A DNA stretch of 64,000 nt from Sporopachydermia quercuum (lineage: Eukaryota). Positions 1 to 11,815 of this stretch are shown piece by piece. Within the stretch, counting starts at the first letter, position 1. Each line of letters begins with the position of its first letter. Both the position numbers and the translations under genes were made by a program. Where the stretch lies: NCBI GenBank assembly GCA_001599295.1, contig BCGN01000002.1:1550001-1614000 (forward strand), given 5' to 3'. A model generated the notes under the pieces. The model did no database searches. It was given only the letters and a program-made list of their open reading frames with translations, and was not told the DNA's origin.

Positions 1-1
1 T

Positions 2-691
2 TTGGTCGTTGCTGGTATTACCTTATATGAAACCGAAAGTGCTTATGACGCTGATTTATACACAATATATGACTTATTGCAACAATACGTTAGTCCTGCA
101 GTTGGAACTATTTTTATGGTTGCTCTTCTATTTTCTGGCCAGTCTGCTGGTATTGTTTGCACTATTGCTGGACAAATGGTCTCTGAAGGGTTTTTGAATT
201 GGACCATTACCCCATGGCTAAGAAGAATCATCACAAGATTGATTGCTATTGTTCCTTGCTTAGGAATTGCTCTTGGTTTGGGTAGAAATGGTCTAGGTGA
301 TGCATTGACGGCCTCACAAGTATGCTTATCCGTTTTATTACCATTTATTTCTGCACCATTGATTTTCTTCACAGCTAAGAAAAGCATTATGGAAGTCAAG
401 AATGGTCGAACAACAGATTCTAGGAGAGTGAACCATGGAGATAACAATAATAATAGCAATAATGAAAGTACTGACGGTAATATTTCTATTACTAATAGAT
501 CTGAGAATCAAGAGGAAGACGTTGCATCAAGAGAAGAGAATCAAGATGAAGAGCAAGCTTCATCCACAGAAGAAGGATACCATAATTATACCAATACTGT
601 TTTTACGTCAATTGTTGCATTTTGCATTTGGATGTTCATTTCTGGTTTGAATATTTATATGATTGTTGAACTTGGGTTAGGTAATGGCTAA
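2..691 (+). CDS. SMF1: NRAMP-family Mn2+/divalent metal transporter, C-terminal part (5' end lies outside the window)
   Basis: NRAMP motifs LLFSGQSAGIVCTIAGQMVSEGF, RRIITRLIAIVP and SQVCLSVLLPF. Convergent with HRP1, as SMF1 is in S. cerevisiae. SMF2 is not excluded by sequence alone. Confidence 0.88.
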   Translation: MVVAGITLYETESAYDADLYTIYDLLQQYVSPAVGTIFMVALLFSGQSAGIVCTIAGQMVSEGFLNWTITPWLRRIITRLIAIVPCLGIALGLGRNGLGDALTASQVCLSVLLPFISAPLIFFTAKKSIMEVKNGRTTDSRRVNHGDNNNNSNNESTDGNISITNRSENQEEDVASREENQDEEQASSTEEGYHNYTNTVFTSIVAFCIWMFISGLNIYMIVELGLGNG

Positions 692-897
692 TAGAGCATC
701 ATATAGAAGATATTACTTTCATTTTATATTTATTTCACTCCAATTTTATTTTCGTTTACGAAACACATAAATCACAACTATTACCAATCATTGGAGGCTC
801 TTTAAGGTAAGAAGCTATCATTCTAATGTTCTGGAAAACTAACGAACAATAAACCCTTCGGATACATAATGTAGATCCATAGTCAATCATCTGCTGT

Positions 898-2628
898 CTA
901 CCTTCGGTACGGATGATAATTCTTCTTTCTATAACCTCTACGTTTCCCGTTGTTATTTCTAGGACCTGTTGGAGCATTCCTTGGCGGAGAACGAGATCTT
1001 GACCTTGATTCTGAACCCGATCTTGAACGACGATAATCACGGTCTCGGTCCCATTCTCTTTCCTTGTATGAGCCTCTTTGCCTATGTTCATTGTAGTTAT
1101 CACCATCATCGTCATCATCTCTATTTCTATCGTCATAATCGTCAGATCGGTTTTTACCGTCATCTTCTCCTCCATAATTGGGGGTATGATCTTGATTACC
1201 AGGTTGATTATTTCCAGGTGCACCGTTGAAATTATTCATTGGATTGAAAGGAGGCATAGGGAAATTAGCATTTGGCATAGGAGGTAAAGATCCTGCACCA
1301 AGGACACCAGGACCCCCGGGACCACCAGGTGGACCATTACCCTCATTTTGACGCATTTTCAACATTCCTTGCATCATACGCATTTGATTTAAATACATTT
1401 GCCACATCTCAGGATTCACCATTGGCATACCAGGCGCACCAGGTTGTGGTGGTAAACCTGGCATACCAGGTAAAGGAGGACCAACACCAGGTTGTGGTGG
1501 AACGAAAGGAAATCCCATAGGACCTCTGTTATGTTGATTATGTCCGCGATTATTGTTATCTTGATCGCCTCGATTTCTCTTATCTTTTCCTCTTGGTTCT
1601 GCCCTTCTAATCTCAATATATTTCCCGTGTAATTCTAAATACTTATTAGCAGTCACAGCGTCTACAGCAGCTTCTGAATCATATGTCACAAATCCAAATC
1701 CGCGGGATCTACCGGAATCTTTGTCCATCATCAGTTGTGCATCAATCACAGTTCCAAACTTTTCAAACAAATCAGAGAACTCTTTTTCAGTAACGTCAGG
1801 TGGGATGCCACCAACGAAGATTTTACCTGTCTTGTCTTGCTCTTCTCTTGGGATTGCACGTTTAGGATCGATGATTTTACCATCTAAAACGTGTTCTTCC
1901 GCCATAACAGCGTTTACAGCATCATTAGTAGCAAATGTCAAAAACCCGAATCCTCTTGATTTCCCGGTTCCATCTTTCATAACAGCACAATCAACTACTT
2001 CGCCAAATTTAGAAAAATAGTTACGAAGTTTCTCATCTGAAGTTTCCCAATTCAATCCTCCAATGAACATCTTACCTTCATCTTTCATAATGGCTCGAGC
2101 AGGCGGTCCTGTAAGCTCAGATGACGAGCCAGTGTTCTCATTACCGCCGACAGGTCCATGGCCACTATTGCTACCGATGTTTATACTCGAACTTGAAGCG
2201 GCATCATAGCTGTCTGTACTTTGGGTAATCCCTGTGTCGTTAGCTGTTTCAGGAGCAGATAGAGCATTGGTTGAATCATTAGTAGAACCGGCTGAAGTAG
2301 CACCAGTTTCATTGGACTCTGAAGCCTTAGGTTCAGGAGCTGTTTGTTGCTGAGGTTCATCATCACCACTAGAATAATTAGTATACAGGTTCGAAGAAAT
2401 AAAATAAAGATATAAAGAAAAAAAAGAAAAAAAAGACAAAATGAAAAATTTGTTCTGGGTTAAACGATCGAAACTCGTTCATTTATCTATCCATATGAGA
2501 ATCAAGTGATTACTAGTATTAACACCATCATCTCTTTATGATGACTTTTTCTCTTTCATAAATGGTAGATTAAAACATAAAAAGTTTCCTTGTACATACT
2601 AAATATCACCGAAATCGTCGTCATCCAT
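898..2628 (-). CDS. HRP1: Hrp1/Nab4 two-RRM hnRNP (cleavage factor IB); exons 2600-2628 and 898-2368
   Basis: Tandem RRMs (KMFIGGLNW..RGFGFLTF; KIFVGG..RGFGFVTY) and C-terminal PY-NLS YHPYRR. Intron 2369-2599 (GTATGT..TACTAAT..TAG) joins in frame to give the N-terminus MDDDDFGDIYGDD, resembling yeast Hrp1 'DFNDIYGDD'. Confidence 0.93.
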
Positions 2629-4634
2629 TTTGAAAAGCTATAAGAATCAACAACAATGTATTTTGCTTATGTGAGCTTGCTATCTGATGTAAATCCTATT
2701 ACCGTTATATATTATCTTATTGTCTTTAACTAAGTACTTGATATACAATCGTATTAACCATATGATATACAGTTGTAAGCTATGGTCTGATTCAACTATA
2801 TTATCAATTAGCTCTTGGGTTTGGAAATAGTTTGTTATACCTTTAGAATCCTGATATCTTCCCAGTTATTTATGTCAAGCGCTGTTGTATTGAACCAATG
2901 AACAGAGAACAGTAAAACGCTTCACGACGTTGTTGGGATCCACAAGAAGCACTAATATTTGCGCTTATAAACTAGTTCTGAAAAACAACCAAATTAAACA
3001 ATCTAATCACAAATTGAGCATACAGTAGATGATATATTGACAATAGTAGATGGTTAATTGATACTATTAAGAGAAGAAACAAAAAGACGACACATATTAA
3101 TATGAAATAATAAGAGAAGTTAAAGAGTGTAAAGTGGTTTGAGGGTGTGATAGTTGAAAGTTTTTTGTTACCAACGGGAAAGATGGGTGTGCCTGAAGAT
3201 AAATTTGAATAATGAAGTTACTTAAATAATGATTACGTGATTGTTAATTTTGCCGATGAATGCGAAAGAAGGAGAGAAGGGAAGAAGTATTTGATAAGAG
3301 CCCAAGGATACAACACCAGTGTTCAATTGAGAAAGCTCTTTATTTCCTTGTAGTTATCAAGGATCTAGCTTCTTGAAGTTTTCCTTTTCTTGAATTTAGA
3401 AGCTTCTAATTATTCCCTTCTCCCTAATCACATATTCTCCCAATTAGCTAGGAGCAAGCAATGTTACGACAGAGATGTACTAGACATACTCATTTTAGAG
3501 CAAAAACAGCGGAACAAATACATGACATGTTTCCTTTGAGTGTACCTCCAATTCAATCGTGAAAACACAATGGATACTATGCTACAACAGACAAGATCTT
3601 GTGCAATAGATATAGTAACTAAGGATCATATTATGTCAGTTTTCCGCACTGCTAACCCGAGCCTAAAGAACACAAGCTATGATTTAGTTATAACTCAACA
3701 GTTACCATCTCAACATCATCCTCTGAAATCATTTCCTTTTCCATACTCACAAGTCTTACGCATCTTCAGTCTAGCAACTAACTACTCCTATCCACTATTC
3801 CTCTATATCTTTGGACTTAATCAGGAACAAAATCTAATATCTTGAAATCAGGTACCAAACCTTATTCTCTTCTTCATACACCCGAATCCTTTATGTGGGG
3901 TCTCTAGAGTACTTTTAGTATTTATATATGACATAATCATGAATTGTCTTATTTCACTCTATCATGTCCTATAATGAAATGTTAGGAGTCTTACATAAAC
4001 TCTTAATCTATCATCAACTCCTTCTTTTAATTTATTGCCAAAGTCAAACAATTTCCGAAAACGCGTCAATTCAATCATTCAATACATCTAAATTCTATCT
4101 TTCTTCTCTCTCTTCAATGTGTTCTTTCTTCCTTGTATGACTTTTCATCTCTTATCAGCCAAATGTCCTACTTGTCGACTTATCGTGTGTCTCATTTCAC
4201 CTCCGATTTCGGTGAAAAAGAAAGTTCAAGTAAAAAAAAAAATGTACAGAATCCTGTCAGCCTCTCTGTCGGTTATTGAATTAATTTTCATGAAATCGAT
4301 CGATCAAAACACTAATAATTGACTTTAGAAGCCCATAAACAATAATTGAACCAAGTAGCTAGTAAGCTAAAGTTTTGTAAATAGTCTTTCAGGAGTATGT
4401 TATAACTCCTATTTACTCTCTATCCAACACAAGACCTCAAGCGCTTGTTCTTCTACCCGTTTGTCATAAGTATCGATTGATTAAGCATTAGCGAATCTCC
4501 AATAATTGATATTGTCTCCGTTTATTTCATTGATACCAAAACGATAAAAACTCATATGAAAGTATAACTGGCCGAATTTCGGCTTCACTTTCCCTATTTT
4601 CATTTAAATTCACACAATTCTGTTCGTCATTGGG

Positions 4635-6683
4635 ATGCCTGAATCACATTTGTCTTCAATTTTTAAGGTGCCCCCTGCAGCGCCAGTTACCGCTACATCA
4701 TGTGCAACAGCTCAAGCAACAGGAATCAACAACGACCAAGCTGAAGAAAACGAGAATCAACCTGCAGTTCCTCAATCTATTGCTTCAGTTTCAGCTTTCA
4801 AACATGTTCCAAGTCGGACAAAGGATGCTGCTTTAACTCTATCAACACATTTCCCATCCTCAGTAAAAGTATCTCAAGTTAACGTCGCTGGCCACTTAAC
4901 CGGAACTTTACCAGCTCAATCGTTTCGAACAGCAGATTCTCTAGCTGATAGACCATATGGACTTCCCGATCCTGAAAGCTATTCCGATTCTGGCTCGGAA
5001 ACCGATTCTGATGATGAGCCTATTCGTTTTGAACATGAAGAAGAAGCAAAAGACTACAAACAAGGTGGTTATCATCCTGTTCATGTTGGAGATACATTCA
5101 AAGATGGACGATACGAAGTTGTTCGTAAATTAGGATGGGGTCACTTTTCAACTGTTTGGTTAGCCAAAGATAGAGATTGCTCTCGTCACGTTGCGTTGAA
5201 AATTGTTCGCTCTGCTCAACATTATACAGAGACTGCTTTGGATGAAATCGCAATTTTAAGAAGAATAGCAAACCCAAAAACTTCAGATGCGAAAATCATA
5301 GATGGCCATCCAGGAAGATCTCATGTGCTTGGTTTATGGGATGATTTCACTCATAAGGGACCAAATGGAACCCACATTTGTATGGTGTTTGAAGTCTTAG
5401 GGGAAAATATGTTAAATCTTATACGTAAATATGATCATAAAGGCATTCCAATTGTTTTGGTTAAACAAATTACTAAACAAGTGTTATTGGCATTGGATTA
5501 TTTACACCGGTATTGCGGAATCATTCATACAGATTTAAAACCAGAGAACATTCTCATTGAATTTGGAGAAGATAACGTTGAAACAGTTGTTGAAATATTA
5601 GAAAAGGAAGAAATGGAAAGGAAACAACTGAAAAGATTATCCCGGCAAAATTCAATGAAGTCTTTGTCTGATGAACACGGAATGCCAATTCCCTCGAAAC
5701 CTAGAAGATCACGTCGTTCGCGCGCTCATACTCCAATCACAGGATCAAAACCTTTACCATCACCACTCAAATCAAGACTGTCCAACCTACCAGACTTTGC
5801 AATGTCTCCTATTACTAGAACAACTAATACATCACCAACCCCTGAACCTATTAGCAATTCCGATGAACCAATGGCTTCCAGTCTTTCTGCTTTATCATTA
5901 AATGATCGATTGTCTGTTCTGAAAACGTCTTTGGATGATAATCTCATTTCTATCAAAATTGCTGATTTCGGTAATGCCTGTTATACAGATTATCATTTCA
6001 CCAATGATATTCAAACTAGACAATACAGAGCTCCAGAAGTTCTCACAGGTAATAAATGGGGAGCTTCTGCTGATTTATGGAGTACAGCATGCATTGTGTT
6101 TGAGTTGATTACTGGTGACTATTTATTCGATCCTCAAGCTGACGGTCATTACTCCCGTGATGATGATCATTTAGCTCAAATTATTGAACTATTAAGCGAA
6201 TTCCCATTAGAATTCATTCAATATGGAAGATATTCTCGTGAACTTTTTGCTGAAATCCCGGCCCAAATCGACCTTGATCCAATCCCATTATCCATTTCAT
6301 CCTCACAGAATAGAGACAAATATTTGGTTCGTACTGAAGCTAGTGCTAATTCAGATAAACCTATATATAAACTTCCTCGGTACCAATTAAAAAGAATCCC
6401 GAAGTTGAAATACTGGTCATTACAAGCTATTCTGAGAGAGAAATATAAAATGTCCATTACTGATGCTTTACAGATCACTGATTTTCTATTGCCAATGCTA
6501 GATTTGAAATCATGGGACAGATATGATGCTGGTGGCATGAGCAATCATCCTTGGTTGGAAGATACTGCCGGTATGGCTGGTCGTTGTGTAGATCGTGATT
6601 ATGGGAGTAAGGGTGATGATATACAAGGTTGGTACTATGAAACCAAAAAGAAAGAAATAGCTAATGAAGGGAAGGGCAAATAG
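4635..6683 (+). CDS. SKY1: SR protein-specific kinase (SRPK)
   Basis: DYKQGGYHPV, KLGWGHFSTVWL, HTDLKPEN, spacer insert, IADFGNAC, DIQTRQYRAPEV, DDDHLAQIIEL. Confidence 0.96.
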   Translation: MPESHLSSIFKVPPAAPVTATSCATAQATGINNDQAEENENQPAVPQSIASVSAFKHVPSRTKDAALTLSTHFPSSVKVSQVNVAGHLTGTLPAQSFRTADSLADRPYGLPDPESYSDSGSETDSDDEPIRFEHEEEAKDYKQGGYHPVHVGDTFKDGRYEVVRKLGWGHFSTVWLAKDRDCSRHVALKIVRSAQHYTETALDEIAILRRIANPKTSDAKIIDGHPGRSHVLGLWDDFTHKGPNGTHICMVFEVLGENMLNLIRKYDHKGIPIVLVKQITKQVLLALDYLHRYCGIIHTDLKPENILIEFGEDNVETVVEILEKEEMERKQLKRLSRQNSMKSLSDEHGMPIPSKPRRSRRSRAHTPITGSKPLPSPLKSRLSNLPDFAMSPITRTTNTSPTPEPISNSDEPMASSLSALSLNDRLSVLKTSLDDNLISIKIADFGNACYTDYHFTNDIQTRQYRAPEVLTGNKWGASADLWSTACIVFELITGDYLFDPQADGHYSRDDDHLAQIIELLSEFPLEFIQYGRYSRELFAEIPAQIDLDPIPLSISSSQNRDKYLVRTEASANSDKPIYKLPRYQLKRIPKLKYWSLQAILREKYKMSITDALQITDFLLPMLDLKSWDRYDAGGMSNHPWLEDTAGMAGRCVDRDYGSKGDDIQGWYYETKKKEIANEGKGK

Positions 6684-7205
6684 GAATGGAACATGTGAGA
6701 GATAATAACGATATATTTCAATCAGCAGTGAAATCAGCAATGATTAGAAAGAATAGACATTAGTAATATAAAAACAAAGAAGAAAAAAGTAAGCGAAGTA
6801 AAGGGAAATAAATGAAATGAAAGAAAAGGAAAGGAAAGACTGGAGGAACGTTGTTTAATTATATTTTGATTGTAAAGCATATGTAGGTAGGAAACATTTG
6901 AATGTTCTATCTTCAAACTCTAATATCGATGTTTGATATATAAGAAATCTTTAGGGAATTACAAGGTATATACAATGAGAAATAGGGTATAATTTATTAT
7001 GCTTGCTATCACGGCAATTTCTTTATCTTTATGAAAATAAGTCTAGTACTCAATCATACATAGTTTTTGTTAGGGCGTGAACTTGAGAAAGGAAAACAGC
7101 TCCTATTGGTACTGGATCAGAAGAACTGAATAGAAACATTTGTCTTATAGTTTCCAATGAAGATTGAATAGTTCACTATTACTATTAAGATAATATACAA
7201 ATATA

Positions 7206-8543
7206 CTATTTCCTTCTGAAGATATCTTCTTTTGCCTTCCTCGCTTGTTTAACTGCTAATGGATCTTGAGTAATCAGATTATCCTCATCAGTGATCTCAT
7301 TATTGGGGTTGGCTTTGAAGTCCAACCTATGGGTTAAGAATGAGGTATCAGAGGCGAACTCCTGATCTGACTCATTAGCAGAAAGCTCTCCTTCATCATT
7401 ATTTTCTGATCCTTTTGATAATGGCACTTGATCGTTATATTGATCCTGGCTTCCCGTACTGGTTTTGCTATTAAGGGAAGATTCCGATAGTTTGCTCCTG
7501 AATTTACTCAAGATTTGTAATGTATCTGTTTCCCTGAGTTTTGCTTTCTTATAATTTGTCTTCTGTTGCTCTAAAAGAGACGGTGCTTCTGTTATTGTTG
7601 ATCTATCTATAATATTACCACGACTATGTTTTAACGACTCCTTCATTTGCTCAATTTGCGCTGATAACGAGTTTTGAGCCGTCGCTGACATTGATGTTGA
7701 AGTCTCATTTGATTTCTGAGGCTTTTGCTCGGTCGAAACCGATAAAGATTCCGTTCTAGAGTCCTCCTTAGATTTTGTTTTTATTTTCTCTTCTTTCCGC
7801 GTCTTTATTGATTTATCAAGTATCCCCGGAGCCGGCTTTATCTTGAATGCACTACCTCTGTTATTTAATAGTGATACATTTGCTTCTTCAATCTCCTCCT
7901 CATCTTCTTCGAATGACAGTTTCACTGTTTGCTTCTTCCGCTTCTTTTTATTCTTTTTATCCTTGTCAGAACTTGACTGTTTAGGTTTTTGTTCCGTTGT
8001 CTTGTCGGATTCAGCGTTTATTTTCAAATCATCGAAAAAAGGCACAATAATCTCCGTACTCTTAATTTTTACTGGAAATAACGGCCTATCATCATCTCCT
8101 AACTCAGATTCTCCAATCCGCAGAACATTAAATATCGTATCTCCAATAACTTGACCAAACAACGTTGTATTTCCTGTAAGTTCTGGTGTTTCTGCTAAAG
8201 TAATGAAAAACTGTGAGCCATTCTTACGAGGCTTCCGTTTACTTTCTTCTGAACTAGCAAATCCAACAAGGCCTCTCCTCGAGAATTTCAGCCTAGAATT
8301 TGTTTCCACTTCAAATAAGTCACCGTAAATTGACTCTCCACCTAACCCTGTATTAGTTGGATCGCCAGTTTGTATAATGAAGTCTTTCACAACTCTAAAG
8401 AATTCACATCCGTCATAGTAACCATTAGCACAATGAGTTAGAAAGTTCCTACTGGCTTTAGGAGTTTCTTTCGCCCACAGTTCTATTTCAATTGGCCCTG
8501 CTGTTGTATTCAGCACAGCTTTAGCTGTACTTCTAGGTTCCAT
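7206..8543 (-). CDS. CWC27: Spliceosomal cyclophilin-type peptidyl-prolyl isomerase-like protein
   Basis: N-terminal cyclophilin domain (IELWAKETPKASRNF, IIQTGDPTNTGLGGESIYG, NGSQFFITL, IVPFFDD) followed by a long charged tail. Confidence 0.92.
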   Translation of the reverse strand: MEPRSTAKAVLNTTAGPIEIELWAKETPKASRNFLTHCANGYYDGCEFFRVVKDFIIQTGDPTNTGLGGESIYGDLFEVETNSRLKFSRRGLVGFASSEESKRKPRKNGSQFFITLAETPELTGNTTLFGQVIGDTIFNVLRIGESELGDDDRPLFPVKIKSTEIIVPFFDDLKINAESDKTTEQKPKQSSSDKDKKNKKKRKKQTVKLSFEEDEEEIEEANVSLLNNRGSAFKIKPAPGILDKSIKTRKEEKIKTKSKEDSRTESLSVSTEQKPQKSNETSTSMSATAQNSLSAQIEQMKESLKHSRGNIIDRSTITEAPSLLEQQKTNYKKAKLRETDTLQILSKFRSKLSESSLNSKTSTGSQDQYNDQVPLSKGSENNDEGELSANESDQEFASDTSFLTHRLDFKANPNNEITDEDNLITQDPLAVKQARKAKEDIFRRK

Positions 8544-8972
8544 TTGATTCCTATGCTTGAAATATGATCTAATGGATATCTATCCTGTTCAATAGTACTT
8601 GTGCCATGGGATGATTGCCAAGTAGACCCTCTACTTTTCTCCCAAAATACAATCATCGAAACTGCCATGAACAAAGCACCAAAAAACTACTTTTTCAGCT
8701 GATAAGTTCCCACCCTTCCAACACAATAAAGATTGACGTAATTATCCGATCTATCAACTCAACAGAGTTCTTCCTCGTAGTCTAACAGTGTATGTCCTTT
8801 CCTTTGCTCACTTGCTCTCTCAGCGGTCATCAAACAAATGGTTTCCGTATTCTATGAACAACGGAGATTATATCAAATCATTCCATATCATGTCACACCA
8901 AACTCTATCTTATGAGGAGATGTCATGTCGTGTCCAGTAAATTTTTTTCTTTCTTTTGTAACTAATAAAGAC

Positions 8973-8994
8973 TGAAATTTTTTTGTGATGAGAT
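8973..8994 (+). promoter_or_regulatory. RRPE-like element (TGAAATTTTTT) directly followed by a PAC-like element (GATGAGAT)
   Basis: Sequence tgaaatttttttgtgatgagat about 240-260 bp upstream of the RSM22 ATG, in the usual RRPE-then-PAC order. Confidence 0.5.
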
Positions 8995-9234
8995 TTCGGA
9001 TTGATAAGCAGGAATATTTATGGTTATGCTTGCTTATATGTTTTCGATTTGATTTGCCATTAACTAGTTTACTGGTTGGGACGTAAATAATGATATTTCT
9101 CCGCTTATGCTTTTTGCAAGACTGATAATTAGGTATAGTAGTAGTAGAAAAGGGCTCAAGCTGCAGTAGACCAGAGGAGTCCTATTGAAATCAACTACTT
9201 TGAAAGAGCTCTCTGCATATCTCATTCATTGTAC

Positions 9235-11613
9235 ATGTTGAGACAGAGTATACAACGAGGCAGCTCTGCCATGCCGTTAAGGCATTCGCAGAAGTTTGGG
9301 AATTACCAATGTCACAGCATTTTTAAAAGGTATTATAGTGGAGTTAATGAAGAATCAAATAATAGAGTGTTTAATGTGAGAACGAAGACTTTTGATGAGA
9401 TCAGTATTAAGAATGGTACAAGTGAGCCAAATGTGGATAAAAAGCTATCATTAAACGAGTCCGTTTATGTCTTACCTAATACAACGTTTGGTGAATTGGG
9501 ACCCAAACAGAAAGAATCAGACTTAAATAATGAGAGTGAAAAAAACGATGAGGATCATTCTAAGAGTAGAACTGCTGATGAACCTGCAACTGACATGGAG
9601 TACCAAGAAGAGGAGCTTAGATATTTGGAAGAGCACTATGAAGAGTATGATGAAACTTCTCCTTTGAATAAAAAAGCCAAGTTTCATCCTAATACAGTAC
9701 TAGGACGATCAAACCGGAAAGCGATTTATTTACCTCCAATTTTGGCTCAAACAATAAGTGGCATTTTACAGAAGACTACTGTTCCTCAACAAGTTCGTAT
9801 TGCTACAGCTAAGAAATATGCAGCTTTACGGGAAGGAGAACATGATCAAGAGTTGACTGAAATGGATGTTGATGCTCACTTGGCGGGTTTTTTTTTACAA
9901 AATTATGGTTCATTATACAATGTTCTTACTGATGTGAAACATCAAATGGATACTGAGCAAAGTGAACCATGGAGGCCAAAATCTGTTTTGGATGTTGGAT
10001 ATGGTCCTGCCACGGGAATGGTTGCTTTCAATGAAATAATGAAAGATGATAAAGAATGGAAACCTGAGATTAAAGACGCTGTTATTTCAGGAACGTCAGA
10101 TATGAAGCTAAGAGCAAGATTACTGCTAACTCATCAGTTTCAAGAGTCGACAGCAGCTAAGATTCAAATAGAACGAGAACCTGGATCAAAAGAGTTTGTA
10201 ACAGAAAAATTAGATAAGAATCCTGATGCTGTTGAAACTTATTTCCCAGCTGATTTGCCAACTATTAACTCAAACAAAAGATATGATCTTATAATAGCAA
10301 CTCATCAACTATTACAGCACGAAAGTAAATACTCACCTTTCCCCCATTGTGTCGATATAAGAATTAATGAGTTAGTGCCATTACTGAATCCCGGTGGCGT
10401 ACTTGTTTTCTTAGAAAGAGGAACACCTCAAGGATTTGAAAATATTGCAAGAGCCCGTCAATTGATTGTTAGACCAGAAAGACATAAGAAAGAATTAATT
10501 CAAGAACAATCAGCAGGTTTATATAAGACTCCAAGAGAATGGAATAATTCTGCTTACAAGAGTAAAAGCGAAATTGATGATACTATTTCTAAAGGAGATG
10601 AACGATTCTCAGCAAAGATAGTGGAAGAATATGGTGAACTCTCAGAAGAGGACCTGAAAAATGAAAGAAAGATTCTCGATAATTTTGATGTCGACGAAAT
10701 AACCGAAAATCGAACCGATTCTTCACTTCCTGATTTCCATGTTAAGATATTAGCCCCTTGTGCTCATCATGGTTCATGTCCTCTTCAAATGAAGTATGTT
10801 TCTCTTTATAAAGAGTTCCAGAAATCAAGATCTCATAAACAACAGGCTTCCTGGTGCCACTTCAGTAAATTAATGCACAGACCAAAATACTCTATTGAAC
10901 TGAAAAAAGGTAAATATCTTGCTACCAAATGGGAAACTCCAACATCGGCTATGGGTTTACCAGGATTCGCAACTAGTGGCAAAGGAAGAAAGTTTGGAAA
11001 AGATGTGGAATTAGCATCTTACAGTTACTTAGTCACTCAAAGAGTTCCTTCGGAGCTTGTGAATCATCCTGAAAGACAGGAAAGCAAACCGGATATTCGA
11101 GCTGGCTGGCCTAGAATCCTACAGACACCTAAAAAGAGAAAAGGTCATGTGATTATGAATATGTGCACTGCTAATAGCACATTAGAGCATTGGATTGTCA
11201 CTAAATCGTTTTCAAAAAAGGGTTATCATGATGCTCGTAAAGCATTTGCAGGTGATCTATGGGCATTAGATGCTAAAACAAAACTTGCCAAGACTCTCAT
11301 TGATAAGGAGAAACTGATCAGTGCTTTGAAATCTAAGGAAAAAGCAGCCAGAAAATTGGCTCGAAAACTTCGTAGAGCAGATGCAAAGAAACTTCAAGAA
11401 AGGAAAGAGGCTGTTGATTCTGGAACAGTTGAGTTGTGGTTAGAGAAGTATGAACCTGAGTTGTACGAGAAAGTAAAGAGTGACCCCGATGCTTTAGAGA
11501 AAGCAGTCACGAAGATTGAAATTGAAGAAGATCCATTAAAGCGTATTGAGAAAGGTGACCAAGAGATGATCAGAGATCTAATGAAAGATATCGAACTTGA
11601 TGAAGGCTTGTAA
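9235..11613 (+). CDS. RSM22: Mitochondrial small ribosomal subunit methyltransferase-like protein (METTL17 family)
   Basis: Presequence-like N-terminus, VLDVGYGPATG, ERGTPQGFENIARARQ, Cys motifs APCAHHGSCPL/WCHF/MCT, YHDARKA.GDLWAL. First ATG is at 9235; the ORF track starts at a TTG. Confidence 0.93.
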   Translation: MLRQSIQRGSSAMPLRHSQKFGNYQCHSIFKRYYSGVNEESNNRVFNVRTKTFDEISIKNGTSEPNVDKKLSLNESVYVLPNTTFGELGPKQKESDLNNESEKNDEDHSKSRTADEPATDMEYQEEELRYLEEHYEEYDETSPLNKKAKFHPNTVLGRSNRKAIYLPPILAQTISGILQKTTVPQQVRIATAKKYAALREGEHDQELTEMDVDAHLAGFFLQNYGSLYNVLTDVKHQMDTEQSEPWRPKSVLDVGYGPATGMVAFNEIMKDDKEWKPEIKDAVISGTSDMKLRARLLLTHQFQESTAAKIQIEREPGSKEFVTEKLDKNPDAVETYFPADLPTINSNKRYDLIIATHQLLQHESKYSPFPHCVDIRINELVPLLNPGGVLVFLERGTPQGFENIARARQLIVRPERHKKELIQEQSAGLYKTPREWNNSAYKSKSEIDDTISKGDERFSAKIVEEYGELSEEDLKNERKILDNFDVDEITENRTDSSLPDFHVKILAPCAHHGSCPLQMKYVSLYKEFQKSRSHKQQASWCHFSKLMHRPKYSIELKKGKYLATKWETPTSAMGLPGFATSGKGRKFGKDVELASYSYLVTQRVPSELVNHPERQESKPDIRAGWPRILQTPKKRKGHVIMNMCTANSTLEHWIVTKSFSKKGYHDARKAFAGDLWALDAKTKLAKTLIDKEKLISALKSKEKAARKLARKLRRADAKKLQERKEAVDSGTVELWLEKYEPELYEKVKSDPDALEKAVTKIEIEEDPLKRIEKGDQEMIRDLMKDIELDEGL

Positions 11614-11815
11614 ATAAATATTATAACAATAAATACGACAGAAAGAGGAAAAAGATCCAAGTAAATGGATTGTTTTCATAATACAACATTTAATAGTAGT
11701 TCCATCTACATTATATGAACATTGTAGTAACACTACCGCATCCTAATAATAGGAATAGAAAGAGGAAACTAAATAATTGAAAAATGGCAGTCACTAACCC
11801 AATATTTTGATATAT

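Noticed and set aside
9235..11613. Possible Rsm22-Cox11 fusion as in S. pombe
   Set aside because: The C-terminal extension is a charged helical tail with no Cox11 CFCF motif.
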